Positions 10,664 through 19,812 of a DNA stretch of 64,000 nt are shown in pieces. Origin of the DNA: Promethearchaeia archaeon (lineage in GTDB: Archaea; Asgardarchaeota; Lokiarchaeia; Sigyniarchaeales; SOKP01); assembly GCA_029856155.1 (NCBI GenBank), contig JAHQWL010000075.1, positions 55,561-119,560 of the forward strand, written 5' to 3'. A program made the translations under genes and the position numbers. The notes below the pieces were generated by a model, which saw only the letters and a list, made by a program, of their open reading frames with translations, ran no database searches and was not told the origin of the DNA. How positions within the stretch are numbered: position 1 is the stretch's first letter; each line of letters opens with the position of its first letter.

Positions 10664-13047
10664 TTAGTGGAGTAAAAAGAAAAACAACCGCAGTTGAAAG
10701 TACTTATAGATTTTTTCAAACTGTTGATTTAATTATATCTCATTTTAAAAGGGAAGCTGATAAAAATAAAATCTTTGAGCTTATTAGTAGGAAAACTAGT
10801 TTTGATGATTTACTAAAAGCTACAGCGACTATTCATATATATCACAGTTTAGGAATCCGAGTTCAAAAGTTTTTAGATAAAGATAAATTTACTTTCGATT
10901 CCACTAAGAATTTAGAACTTACAGAGAAAAAGGTGATTAATGAGGAAGTTGATTTACTATTAAAAAACTCCTTAAATTTAGAAGTAAACCTCCTCAACAA
11001 GATAATTGATTTAGAAAATAAGATTATTTCTTTTTTAATTGAAGAGAGAAAGGAAACCCTCCAGAATATCGAAAGAGAAAAATTATTAAAGGATATTGAA
11101 GGTCAAATTGAACAAGAATTACAAGAAATCATATTGAACTATCCCCCATTCTACTTTTACGATTTAATTGGTGATTTGATTGGACTTAATAATGAAATTA
11201 AAAAAGAAATTTTAGAGGAATCTGCTGCTTTTAAGGATATTTCTGTCGAATTAGAGAAGAAACTTGAGTTAGAAGAAAAAGAAGATAAATTCATAGAATT
11301 AGCGACATTGGACAGGCTGATAGATAAAATACGTAGAGATTTCGAATTTAAATCATATAAAGAATTACAAATTCAAGCAATGCCCGTAAGAATGATAAAA
11401 AGAAGAGTATTAGAATACAATTTTAACCGGTTTCCTATTTCGATACCCGGTTTGAAGGTATTCATGGAAGCGAATAACCTAAAAAAAGACCTTATATATA
11501 AAATTGAAAATGCTCTTAAAGAAAAAATCGATTATGAACAATTTGAGACAAAAATTCTTAGCTTTTTAAGATTAGCATTAATTAAAAAATTAAAAGAGAA
11601 CCCTAATGATTTTATCTATTTTCTACAAAGTATAAATGAATGTGGTTTTGAAGATATAATTTATATATTACAAAAATATGGAGTTTACAATATTTTACAT
11701 TTTTTAAATGTAGATGAAGATCTACCGGAAAATGTAAAAAAAAATATGGTTAGATATAATATAAAAAAATTAGATATTATATCCTTAAATGATAACAAAC
11801 AAAATTTAATATATTTAGCAAAAAAGGCGATTTCAGAGCAGAATATTCAGAATGTCAGAGAAATTGTTGAAAAATCTGAAAAAATCTCTGAATTTGACCT
11901 ATTAGACTTCATAACCCAAGATATCAATAATTATCCGGATTTAATAAGATTTTTAGAAGAAAAAACCGGAACTAATATTAATGATTTAAGGCAGTACATT
12001 AAAAAAAAGCAAGCAATTGACAGAGTTTTTTTAAATGAACTGAAATTAAAAAATTACTCTCACTTATTATTTATCTTAGAGTTCGAAGAGATTATCAATG
12101 AATTAGCAAAGGATATTTTCTTTTATATCTTATCCAAAATTTTAAGGCAGCTTAGCAGAATAATTGAGGTTTATCTTAAGGTTTCTAACGACAGGTCATT
12201 ATATTTATTAGCATTAAAGAAAATGGGTGGAACAACTGATTCAGAAGAATGGATAAATGTAAAACTCGAAGAGTTGATCATTAAAAGAATAAACAAGAGA
12301 CAAGAAGAATTAGTCATAGTATTTGACGCAAATAATCAACCATTCTTAGTTAATGGATTTATTTTAGCACGATTGATGGAACTATCTTTAAGAGAAGCGG
12401 TTGCTGATTTAAAAAACAATCCAAGTCCAATATATGAAGATATAGCTCAATTAAATTTAAAGTCAGATATAATATCTCCAATTTCATACTGCATTGGATA
12501 TGATATAATTAAAAGAATTGAAAAATTTGAAGAAAGCCGAAAATTAGAAGTAGAACAGATAATTGAATCTAAAGAAAAGAAAAAAGAGGAAAAAGCTAAG
12601 AAAATACGTGAAGTACAAGAATTAAGTACTTTAAATTGGGTTGAACGCAGAATCACAAGTTCACTAATGAGAATTAATAGTCCTGGGATTAACCCAAATC
12701 AGTTATATTGGCAAGAAAAAGACACAAAAATTGCTACTGATAATATAAAACTTCATAGTGAATTGAAAGGTGATCCAATTGAGCTAGTAGGTCAATTTTT
12801 TAATTTTGCCGTAGAGAAAATTAGAAATTTAACTCCAGATTTCAAATTGCCCAATTATGAAAAAATTATGAATATTGTTAACGATATTACTGAAAAATTA
12901 TTAACTAATAGACTTGGTAGAATTCCTACTCCCGAAGAAAAAAAGAATTTACTTGATGGAGAAAGGTATGAAATTGGTAATCAAATTGCTGAAAAAATTG
13001 GACGCTTATTAGATAAAGCATTATATATAAAATTTAAAAGTAGATAG
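10660..13047 (+). CDS. large hypothetical helical/coiled-coil protein (about 795 aa)
   Basis: Long ORF; ATGA overlap with the upstream stop and a GGGTGA SD favour a start at 10660 over 10645. Confidence 0.8.
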   Translation: MISGVKRKTTAVESTYRFFQTVDLIISHFKREADKNKIFELISRKTSFDDLLKATATIHIYHSLGIRVQKFLDKDKFTFDSTKNLELTEKKVINEEVDLLLKNSLNLEVNLLNKIIDLENKIISFLIEERKETLQNIEREKLLKDIEGQIEQELQEIILNYPPFYFYDLIGDLIGLNNEIKKEILEESAAFKDISVELEKKLELEEKEDKFIELATLDRLIDKIRRDFEFKSYKELQIQAMPVRMIKRRVLEYNFNRFPISIPGLKVFMEANNLKKDLIYKIENALKEKIDYEQFETKILSFLRLALIKKLKENPNDFIYFLQSINECGFEDIIYILQKYGVYNILHFLNVDEDLPENVKKNMVRYNIKKLDIISLNDNKQNLIYLAKKAISEQNIQNVREIVEKSEKISEFDLLDFITQDINNYPDLIRFLEEKTGTNINDLRQYIKKKQAIDRVFLNELKLKNYSHLLFILEFEEIINELAKDIFFYILSKILRQLSRIIEVYLKVSNDRSLYLLALKKMGGTTDSEEWINVKLEELIIKRINKRQEELVIVFDANNQPFLVNGFILARLMELSLREAVADLKNNPSPIYEDIAQLNLKSDIISPISYCIGYDIIKRIEKFEESRKLEVEQIIESKEKKKEEKAKKIREVQELSTLNWVERRITSSLMRINSPGINPNQLYWQEKDTKIATDNIKLHSELKGDPIELVGQFFNFAVEKIRNLTPDFKLPNYEKIMNIVNDITEKLLTNRLGRIPTPEEKKNLLDGERYEIGNQIAEKIGRLLDKALYIKFKSR

Positions 13048-13223
13048 AAATCAATTTGAATTTAACAAAATTTTGAGTAAAAATATAATTCTGAAAATCT
13101 TTATCATTTTCTCTTTTTAATAATATAAGTTTTGAACACAACTTCTAAGAAATAATAAAGATATTAAAATATTTATTATTTAATCTATATAAAATTAAAT
13201 TAGTAAAAACGTATTATATTCTT

Positions 13224-13499
13224 ATGGTCTTACTATTTTCATGGATTAAGAAAGAGTTAATCTATATAAAAGATTCTCTCACTGAAATCATTAAAGGGAT
13301 AATTCTTGTAGCTTTAGCATCTTCTGGTCTAGCATTAGCTTTATTACTCCGATATTTAGGATATAATGGGACAATAATCACATTTGTTGGGATTGTTGCA
13401 GAATCTGTTTCTTTATTCATTTGTTACTTCTTATTTCGTAATTATTTGAAATCAGAGGAAAAAATTGAACCCTCTAAACCGAAGGGAAAGAAAATCTAA
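13224..13499 (+). CDS. small 2-TM membrane protein
   Basis: Two hydrophobic helices, basic tail. Confidence 0.6.
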   Translation: MVLLFSWIKKELIYIKDSLTEIIKGIILVALASSGLALALLLRYLGYNGTIITFVGIVAESVSLFICYFLFRNYLKSEEKIEPSKPKGKKI

Positions 13500-13511
13500 T
13501 TAAAGAAAAAA

Positions 13512-14234
13512 TTATATGAAATTTTCCCAAGGTCTTTCATCAATTCGTTGAGAGATTAAATAATCTTTAACGTCAATTTTTAATATATTAGGGTCATATT
13601 CCCAAGCACCTTCTTTATTAAATGAAATACATCTAAGGTCTTTAATATTTAATTTGGATTTAATTAATAAACCATACATTGAGACTTGTGGTAGAGAAAG
13701 TAAAAAATTACCCTCTGGTTTATAGTCAATTACTTTAACAACATCATTTTGAATTTGAATTAAGTCAATATGCCCCGTAATTATATTTTTTTTCTGGTCA
13801 TTCCAAATTGGAACCTCTATAGCTATAGCATCCTTATCTTTTATCAAAATATTCTTCAAAATAGGTTCATGTCCTGGTGTTCCTGGGAAATTATTAGCTT
13901 GATAATTCTCATAAACTTTTTGAGCATACTTTGGTAATTTCGAATTACAATCATGATATTGAATTTTATTAGATCTAATAAGGTTTTTACTAAAACTTCT
14001 AATAAACGCATTTTTAATACCTCTAATTTTAAATTGAGATACTCTTGGAAATTGTTTTGTATTAAATAGATTGTTGGGGATTAATCCCTCTAAAACCTTC
14101 TTAAAATGGTCCTTGAGTCGATTTAATTCTTCTCTGTTAGAGGTTATTTGCAAATATTTTTCTCTATGGTGTGTTTTATTCCAATTAAAGGAATAGGGAA
14201 TATTTTGATGAATAAAAATTTTTTTCTTAAGCAA
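13512..14234 (-). CDS. stand-alone PD-(D/E)xK (RecB-like) nuclease
   Basis: H...E(VP)...GHID...IDYK...QxxxY motifs. Confidence 0.8.
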   Translation of the reverse strand: MLKKKIFIHQNIPYSFNWNKTHHREKYLQITSNREELNRLKDHFKKVLEGLIPNNLFNTKQFPRVSQFKIRGIKNAFIRSFSKNLIRSNKIQYHDCNSKLPKYAQKVYENYQANNFPGTPGHEPILKNILIKDKDAIAIEVPIWNDQKKNIITGHIDLIQIQNDVVKVIDYKPEGNFLLSLPQVSMYGLLIKSKLNIKDLRCISFNKEGAWEYDPNILKIDVKDYLISQRIDERPWENFI

Positions 14235-14702
14235 GATTTATACTCTCTAAAAAATTACCAGTTCTAAAAAATACAATTAATATTAGTCTTAAATTCAATT
14301 TAAGAATTTTAATTATTAAAAAGAATATGTTAACAATTTATTAATTTCTTAAGAATTTTTGGCTTAATTTAGCTTACTTAAATTAAATTAACCCATTTAT
14401 TAAAGGATTCTACTAAATTTAAGGAAATTAAACTTTTTTCTTTACAAGCTATTTTACAAATAGAAAATTTACCATTAATTATATATTAATTTCGATGTAA
14501 ATTAATAGAATTTTTTGATTCTTTAAAGAATCTTTGGTAGAATTCTTAGGGTAAAATTTTAATTAACCATAAGCTTTTTAATGAAAAATTATAATCTTAT
14601 ATTTAGATTTAGTCTATAAAGAAAATTATTGTCTTTTAAGTATTCAAATTAATATAAAATTGAATCTAATTCAAGAAATAAATCATAAGAGATTTTAACT
14701 CT

Positions 14703-15188
14703 ATGGATCATGATAATAAAAAAGATACTCTTAACAAGAAAATTAAAGTCAAGGATAAAGAAGGATTAACAGTATCCTACAAAAAAGAAGAATTCCTTGA
14801 GCATTTCCCATCCCTCATAAAAGAGATATCTGAAAAAAAAAAATCAATAAAAATAAATGCAATTAATGGTCAAAATGAGCAAATTCATAAAGAAAAATCT
14901 GAGATTTCAAAAAATGTTTACCCAAGTGAGCTATATAATCCAGAAGCGATTGATTTTATCAGAAGATGTTCAAACAAAGAGGATGCAATTAATATATTGG
15001 ATTATTTAATGAAAAGAAATGAAATTGATAAAGAAGATTATAAATCTTATAAGAACATTATTTCACAAGAAGGGGGGTTAGAACGGATTATTAACGAGAG
15101 TGGTGGCTTAAAAAAACCTGGATACTATATGAGAAAATTTTATAAAAAGGATATTAAAAATCAAAAATTAAATAGTAATGAGGATTAG
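14703..15188 (+). CDS. DUF2095-like archaeal protein
   Basis: FPSL..E, YNP..IDFIRRC, I.DYL..R.EI and KKPGYY patterns. Confidence 0.7.
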   Translation: MDHDNKKDTLNKKIKVKDKEGLTVSYKKEEFLEHFPSLIKEISEKKKSIKINAINGQNEQIHKEKSEISKNVYPSELYNPEAIDFIRRCSNKEDAINILDYLMKRNEIDKEDYKSYKNIISQEGGLERIINESGGLKKPGYYMRKFYKKDIKNQKLNSNED

Positions 15189-15196
15189 CATCATTT

Positions 15197-15269
15197 GACA
15201 GATGATGAACTTATGACAAAGCTAGCTGCTTGCTCGGTAGCAATGACGTTGTCGCCCCAAACTGATGTC
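15197..15269 (+). ncRNA. box C/D guide sRNA candidate
   Basis: GACA/TGTC terminal stem; C box ATGATGA 15202-15208; D' CTAG 15222-15225; C'-like ATGACG 15243-15248; D box CTGA 15262-15265; two 13-nt guide-length spacers; GC-richer than flanks. Confidence 0.7.
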
Positions 15270-15284
15270 TTAACTTATTATTAA

Positions 15285-15533
15285 CTATTTATCTAATATT
15301 TTTCGAAAAAGAATTCCCTTTTCAGATAAAAAGTATTCATCATTTTTTTTTTTAATAAGACCTAAATCGAATAAAACCGGGATTCTCCCATTTATACATG
15401 ATATTGGCAAACCAGAAAATAATTTAATCGTCTCGTAATTTTTTGCCCCATTATCGATTGCAACCAGTATTTCAATTCCCATATAACCTAAAATATTCTT
15501 TAAATCTTCTGAAGTTTCTTCTTCATTAGGCAT
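15285..15533 (-). CDS. small winged-helix protein
   Basis: HTH-like pattern followed by L.DLGLI.....Y.L..KG wing. Confidence 0.65.
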   Translation of the reverse strand: MPNEEETSEDLKNILGYMGIEILVAIDNGAKNYETIKLFSGLPISCINGRIPVLFDLGLIKKKNDEYFLSEKGILFRKILDK

Positions 15534-15598
15534 TATAAATCGTTTGGTTGTAAATTTTTTTAAGCAACAAATTCAAATTTCTATGTATTGTTTAATTA

Positions 15599-16858
15599 CT
15601 ATTTTATTCGCGTGGTTTTATTTTTTTTAGAATTTTTTTTTCTTGTATTTTTTAAATTAGATTTATTTTCTTCTATTGGAATACTTAGTTTTCCTTCATC
15701 AAATTCCTCTCCTTCTTTAAGTTTGGGGGAATATTTATTTGCAACTACAGGTTCAGATTCCTTTGGTAAAAGTTTTCTCATCCATTCTGGAAAAGCAGTT
15801 GTAATTTGCAAATTGGTTTTTAAAACAATATAAGTCTCACCATTATAATTTAATTCTTCAATCACATCAAATTTCTTTAAAAAATCAATATTTTCCATTA
15901 AGGAATCCAAAGATTTCTTTGAAACTAGTTTAGGTAATTTATCTTTTGAAATTAACCCATTTCTTAATTCTGAGAGGACATTATATTTTTTAGAATCCGC
16001 CATTATTTGAAATAAAGTAAAAGCATCTTCTTTTATTTGTTCCTTAGTTTTCTTTTCATATTCACTATAGTATTCTTGAACTTTGGGAAGGAGTAATTCG
16101 ATCAATTCTGGCTTATCATCAATATACTCAATGACACTATCCGGTGGTATCCTTTCAGCGTTTACTTCTTTTAATAAAAGTACGTATTTCTCTACTAAAC
16201 CTATTTGGTTAATAAAAATAAATTGTTTATCTACTAAAGTATCAATAATCTCATTAAAATCTTTTCCTGGAAACTTCTCAATATACCATTCTCTTAACCA
16301 TTCTAGTGGTATTGGACCTTTAGATAATTTTTCTAATGTCTTGAATATATGCTTATCATTTAATAAAATCGCTATCTTCTCTTCCTCTGTTTTTTCTCTT
16401 GTATCTTCAATAATTGCCCAATATAGATTATTTACCCACGCTTCTATTAAAGATTCATTTTTAACTATATTCTCCTGATCATCTTCATCAAAATTATTTA
16501 TATCATTTATATAAAATGCTGTAAAAATTTCTTCATTTGATTGCAACCGTTCTGAGAATTCAGTGCATAGAAGTGATATTTTCTCTTCAATTTCAAGAGG
16601 AATTTGTTGGTCAAGAATAATTGAAACCATTAACATTTCTTTATTTCCTCGCGCCCAATCTGAATGAATCTCAAAGTAGTAATTCATTGATTTTAGATTT
16701 TCAAAAGAATGAGTAAAAAAACCTTCACTAAATTGCTGATCCATGATGTTGGCTACTTTTCCTGATAGTTCCTTTTCTAATATATTCTTTGGGTAAGAAT
16801 AAAATACTAATGGACCAATTTTACGATGAAAATATGATAAGACGACGATAGTTTTCAA
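15599..16858 (-). CDS. longin (uDENN/FLCN/NPRL2-like) domain protein with probable C-terminal winged-helix repeats
   Basis: N-terminal IVVLSYFHRKIGP and WARG motifs typical of uDENN longins; two helical segments ending in beta-hairpins. Confidence 0.7.
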   Translation of the reverse strand: MKTIVVLSYFHRKIGPLVFYSYPKNILEKELSGKVANIMDQQFSEGFFTHSFENLKSMNYYFEIHSDWARGNKEMLMVSIILDQQIPLEIEEKISLLCTEFSERLQSNEEIFTAFYINDINNFDEDDQENIVKNESLIEAWVNNLYWAIIEDTREKTEEEKIAILLNDKHIFKTLEKLSKGPIPLEWLREWYIEKFPGKDFNEIIDTLVDKQFIFINQIGLVEKYVLLLKEVNAERIPPDSVIEYIDDKPELIELLLPKVQEYYSEYEKKTKEQIKEDAFTLFQIMADSKKYNVLSELRNGLISKDKLPKLVSKKSLDSLMENIDFLKKFDVIEELNYNGETYIVLKTNLQITTAFPEWMRKLLPKESEPVVANKYSPKLKEGEEFDEGKLSIPIEENKSNLKNTRKKNSKKNKTTRIK

Positions 16859-17066
16859 TTAATGAATCTCCATTACGAATTCTATATTAGATAAAAAGAA
16901 CAGCTCTTTTTTTCTGTTTAACCTAAAATAAATTAATATTGAAGATTATATATTATTAAAGATAAATAAATTTATCTTATGTCAACATCTAATATCCTAG
17001 GATAATTAATATAAGCAATCAACTTAAATTATTTTAATGAATTAGTGATAAAATTAAAACCTAATA

Positions 17067-17822
17067 ATGAGCCCCATAAAATTAATTGGATTTGATTTGG
17101 ATGATTGTCTTTTTGACTCAACGGGGTTGTCTGAAAGAGCTAGAATTAAAGGACTTTATGCAATGATTGACTTGGGCTTAAAAATAGATAAAAAGAAAGC
17201 AGCTCTGATATTAGATGAAATAGTGAGAGAGTATGGTTCAAATTCCTCGAAACATTATAATCATTTCCTAAGAAGACTGAATCAGATGGAGGAAAACGTT
17301 GAATTTCTCTCATATAATGATCGATATAAATATATTGCCAGTGCTGTTATGGCATACCATGAAGAAAAAGTAAATTCAATAAAATTATATGATGACGTTG
17401 AGGAAAGCTTAAGTAGGTTAAAAGATTTATCAATAAAAACAGCAATTATAACAGACGGAATCCCAATAAAGCAATATGAAAAGATTTTAAGACTTAAAAT
17501 CGATAAATTAATTGATTTAGTAGTTATTTCAGATGAAATTGGAATTAAAAAACCTAACCCAGAACTATTCAATTATTGTTTAAAAAAATTTGGAGTTAAA
17601 GGGCAAGAAACAATATATGTAGGAGATCGTATTGATAAAGATATAATCCCGGCTAATTTAAACAATATCTATAGTGTATATCTTCATCGAGGAGGAAAGT
17701 ATGATAGTTATAAATTAGATATGAAAAACCAAGATAATTTTAAGCCAGATTACGAGATTTCCAATTTAAACGAATTATTTAATATAATCGATGAAATTAC
17801 CAAAAAAGTAAATATGGGTTAA
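17067..17822 (+). CDS. HAD-superfamily hydrolase, subfamily IA
   Basis: FDLDD, ITDG, KKP and YVGD motifs. Confidence 0.9.
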   Translation: MSPIKLIGFDLDDCLFDSTGLSERARIKGLYAMIDLGLKIDKKKAALILDEIVREYGSNSSKHYNHFLRRLNQMEENVEFLSYNDRYKYIASAVMAYHEEKVNSIKLYDDVEESLSRLKDLSIKTAIITDGIPIKQYEKILRLKIDKLIDLVVISDEIGIKKPNPELFNYCLKKFGVKGQETIYVGDRIDKDIIPANLNNIYSVYLHRGGKYDSYKLDMKNQDNFKPDYEISNLNELFNIIDEITKKVNMG

Positions 17823-17830
17823 TCTATAAA

Positions 17831-18649
17831 ATGAAAGTGGCTTGTATTCAACCAAAAATATTTGAAAGTAGAACTAAGTGTTATAATGAAATTGAACTAA
17901 TTTTAAGGGAATTATTAGAAGAACATAAAATTTGTGATGTAATATGCTTACCAGAAAGATGGGTTCCTTTTTTTAGAGATTTTACTCAAAATTTTCAAGA
18001 ACAAAGAGGCGAAGATTATGCTTTTATTAAAACTTTAGCAAAAGAATACAATATTAAACTTTTATCGGGAGCAATTTGGGAGAAAAGAATTAATTCAAAA
18101 AAACCTAGCATAACTTGTTATTTTTTTGATGAAAACGGTGAAGAAATCGGTAGACAAGATAAAATTCACCTATATGCTTACGAACGCAAACAATTCGAGT
18201 CAGGCAAAGAATTGAAATTATTTAAACTCAACAATTCTTATTATTTTACTATTCTTATCTGCTTTGATATGGCTTTTTTTGAAACACCTCGATTAGCTGT
18301 TGAAAATGGGGCAGATATATTGTTTTCACCAACTCAAATAAGAGATAATGGAATGGAAAATTGGACAATCTATCTAAAAGCCCGTGCTCTTGAAAATAGA
18401 GTACCAATTGTAGCTTGTAACACTTATGGCAAGTTTATGAAAAGAAGATTTCTAGGTAATAGTAAAATTATTTCATTCCGAGAAGGGAATATATCTCCAT
18501 CAAAATTGAAGATTATAGAAGGCCCAAAAGATTCAAGGGGATTTATTTTTGATAAGATCGATTTGGATTTTCCAAGAAAATTAAGAAAGATTCGTTTAAA
18601 AGAACAAATTGATAAAAACGAAATAAAAGTTAAAATAATTAATAAATAA
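17831..18649 (+). CDS. carbon-nitrogen hydrolase (nitrilase superfamily)
   Basis: Glu-Lys-Cys triad: LPE, DKIHL, ICFD; ARALEN. Confidence 0.9.
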   Translation: MKVACIQPKIFESRTKCYNEIELILRELLEEHKICDVICLPERWVPFFRDFTQNFQEQRGEDYAFIKTLAKEYNIKLLSGAIWEKRINSKKPSITCYFFDENGEEIGRQDKIHLYAYERKQFESGKELKLFKLNNSYYFTILICFDMAFFETPRLAVENGADILFSPTQIRDNGMENWTIYLKARALENRVPIVACNTYGKFMKRRFLGNSKIISFREGNISPSKLKIIEGPKDSRGFIFDKIDLDFPRKLRKIRLKEQIDKNEIKVKIINK

Positions 18650-18670
18650 AATATAATTGTGTGATTTGAC

Positions 18671-19627
18671 ATGAATGGTTCAAAAGAATTAAATAAAATT
18701 CTTTTTTGTGGTTTAGAAAGTGGTGGAAAAACTTCAATTTTGCTATTATTAGATAAAAAATTTAGTTTATTACCTACAGTTAAACCGACTATAAAAGCAA
18801 AAAGAACTTTCTATACAAACTCATTATTGGGAACCTCAATTGTCCGTTGGGATTTAGGGGGTCAAAAAGGTTATAGAAAAATATATTTGGGTAATAAGAG
18901 CAAATATTTTACAGAAACGCAATCAATATTCTATGTTATAGATATTCAAGCACCTAAAAAATTTGAAGAATCATTAAGATTTCTTAAAGATATTGTAAGT
19001 GTAACCTCAGAGTCACATCCCGAAAATTTTCAGTTATTAATATTACTCCATAAATACGATCCTGACATTAAAAATAAGAAAGAAATTTTAGATCATATCA
19101 ATTACCTAGAAAATAAAATTTCATCTGCCATTAACAAAGTTAAGTTTTCTATTTTTAAAACTTCAATATATGATGAATCAAGTCTATTGAAGGCTTTTTC
19201 TGATGGTGTGTTTTTTGCAACACATAAGTCTAAAATGTTTGAAACCTTATTGAAAGAATATATGGGTAAAACTTACAATAGTTCTATGCTTCTACTTGAT
19301 CAGAATTGCTTTATAATTGCTAGTAGAACAACAAATGAAAGTTATCAGAAAATTTGTGAAGCTATCGCTCCAAGATTAACTCAAGCATTAGAAAAATTAG
19401 AGGAATGGGATATAAATACAATTGATATTGTAACAAATATAGAATTTCCAGAGAAACAATCAATCTATCAAAAAGAGGGAATAATCTTTCTTAGAAAATT
19501 AGATATAATTAAAACGAGATTTTATTTAATCGCACTTTGTCTAAATAAGAAAGTGAAAATTAAATCATATGAATATTTACCATTGTTAGCAGATAATTTA
19601 AAAAATTTACTAGAGAGTTTTGATTAA
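18671..19627 (+). CDS. Rag/Gtr-like small GTPase with C-terminal roadblock-like domain
   Basis: G1 GLESGGKTS, G2 PT, G3 WDLGGQ, Rag-type G4 HKYD and G5 TSIYD; about 130-aa C-terminal domain. Confidence 0.85.
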   Translation: MNGSKELNKILFCGLESGGKTSILLLLDKKFSLLPTVKPTIKAKRTFYTNSLLGTSIVRWDLGGQKGYRKIYLGNKSKYFTETQSIFYVIDIQAPKKFEESLRFLKDIVSVTSESHPENFQLLILLHKYDPDIKNKKEILDHINYLENKISSAINKVKFSIFKTSIYDESSLLKAFSDGVFFATHKSKMFETLLKEYMGKTYNSSMLLLDQNCFIIASRTTNESYQKICEAIAPRLTQALEKLEEWDINTIDIVTNIEFPEKQSIYQKEGIIFLRKLDIIKTRFYLIALCLNKKVKIKSYEYLPLLADNLKNLLESFD

Positions 19628-19812
19628 TTTTCAATTATCATTTAAAATTATAATTTTGTCATTTGTCTTTTATCATAATTTTAATCCTAATTGGTAATTA
19701 AATCCTCATTTTTTTTAAAAAAAGATATAGTTTAATTTTACTTTTAGTCATCTCTCTGGGGGTGGGGTTTAAATACTTGTGATTAAAATCAATTTAAATA
19801 AAGGTTTAAAAT

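Noticed and set aside
13512-14234. Cas4 / CRISPR locus
   Set aside because: No Fe-S cysteine cluster, no other cas genes, and no repeat-spacer array anywhere in the window.
15197-15269. SECIS element interpretation of the ATGA-containing structured RNA
   Set aside because: Neighbouring genes have no in-frame TGA, and the C/D box layout with terminal stem fits better.
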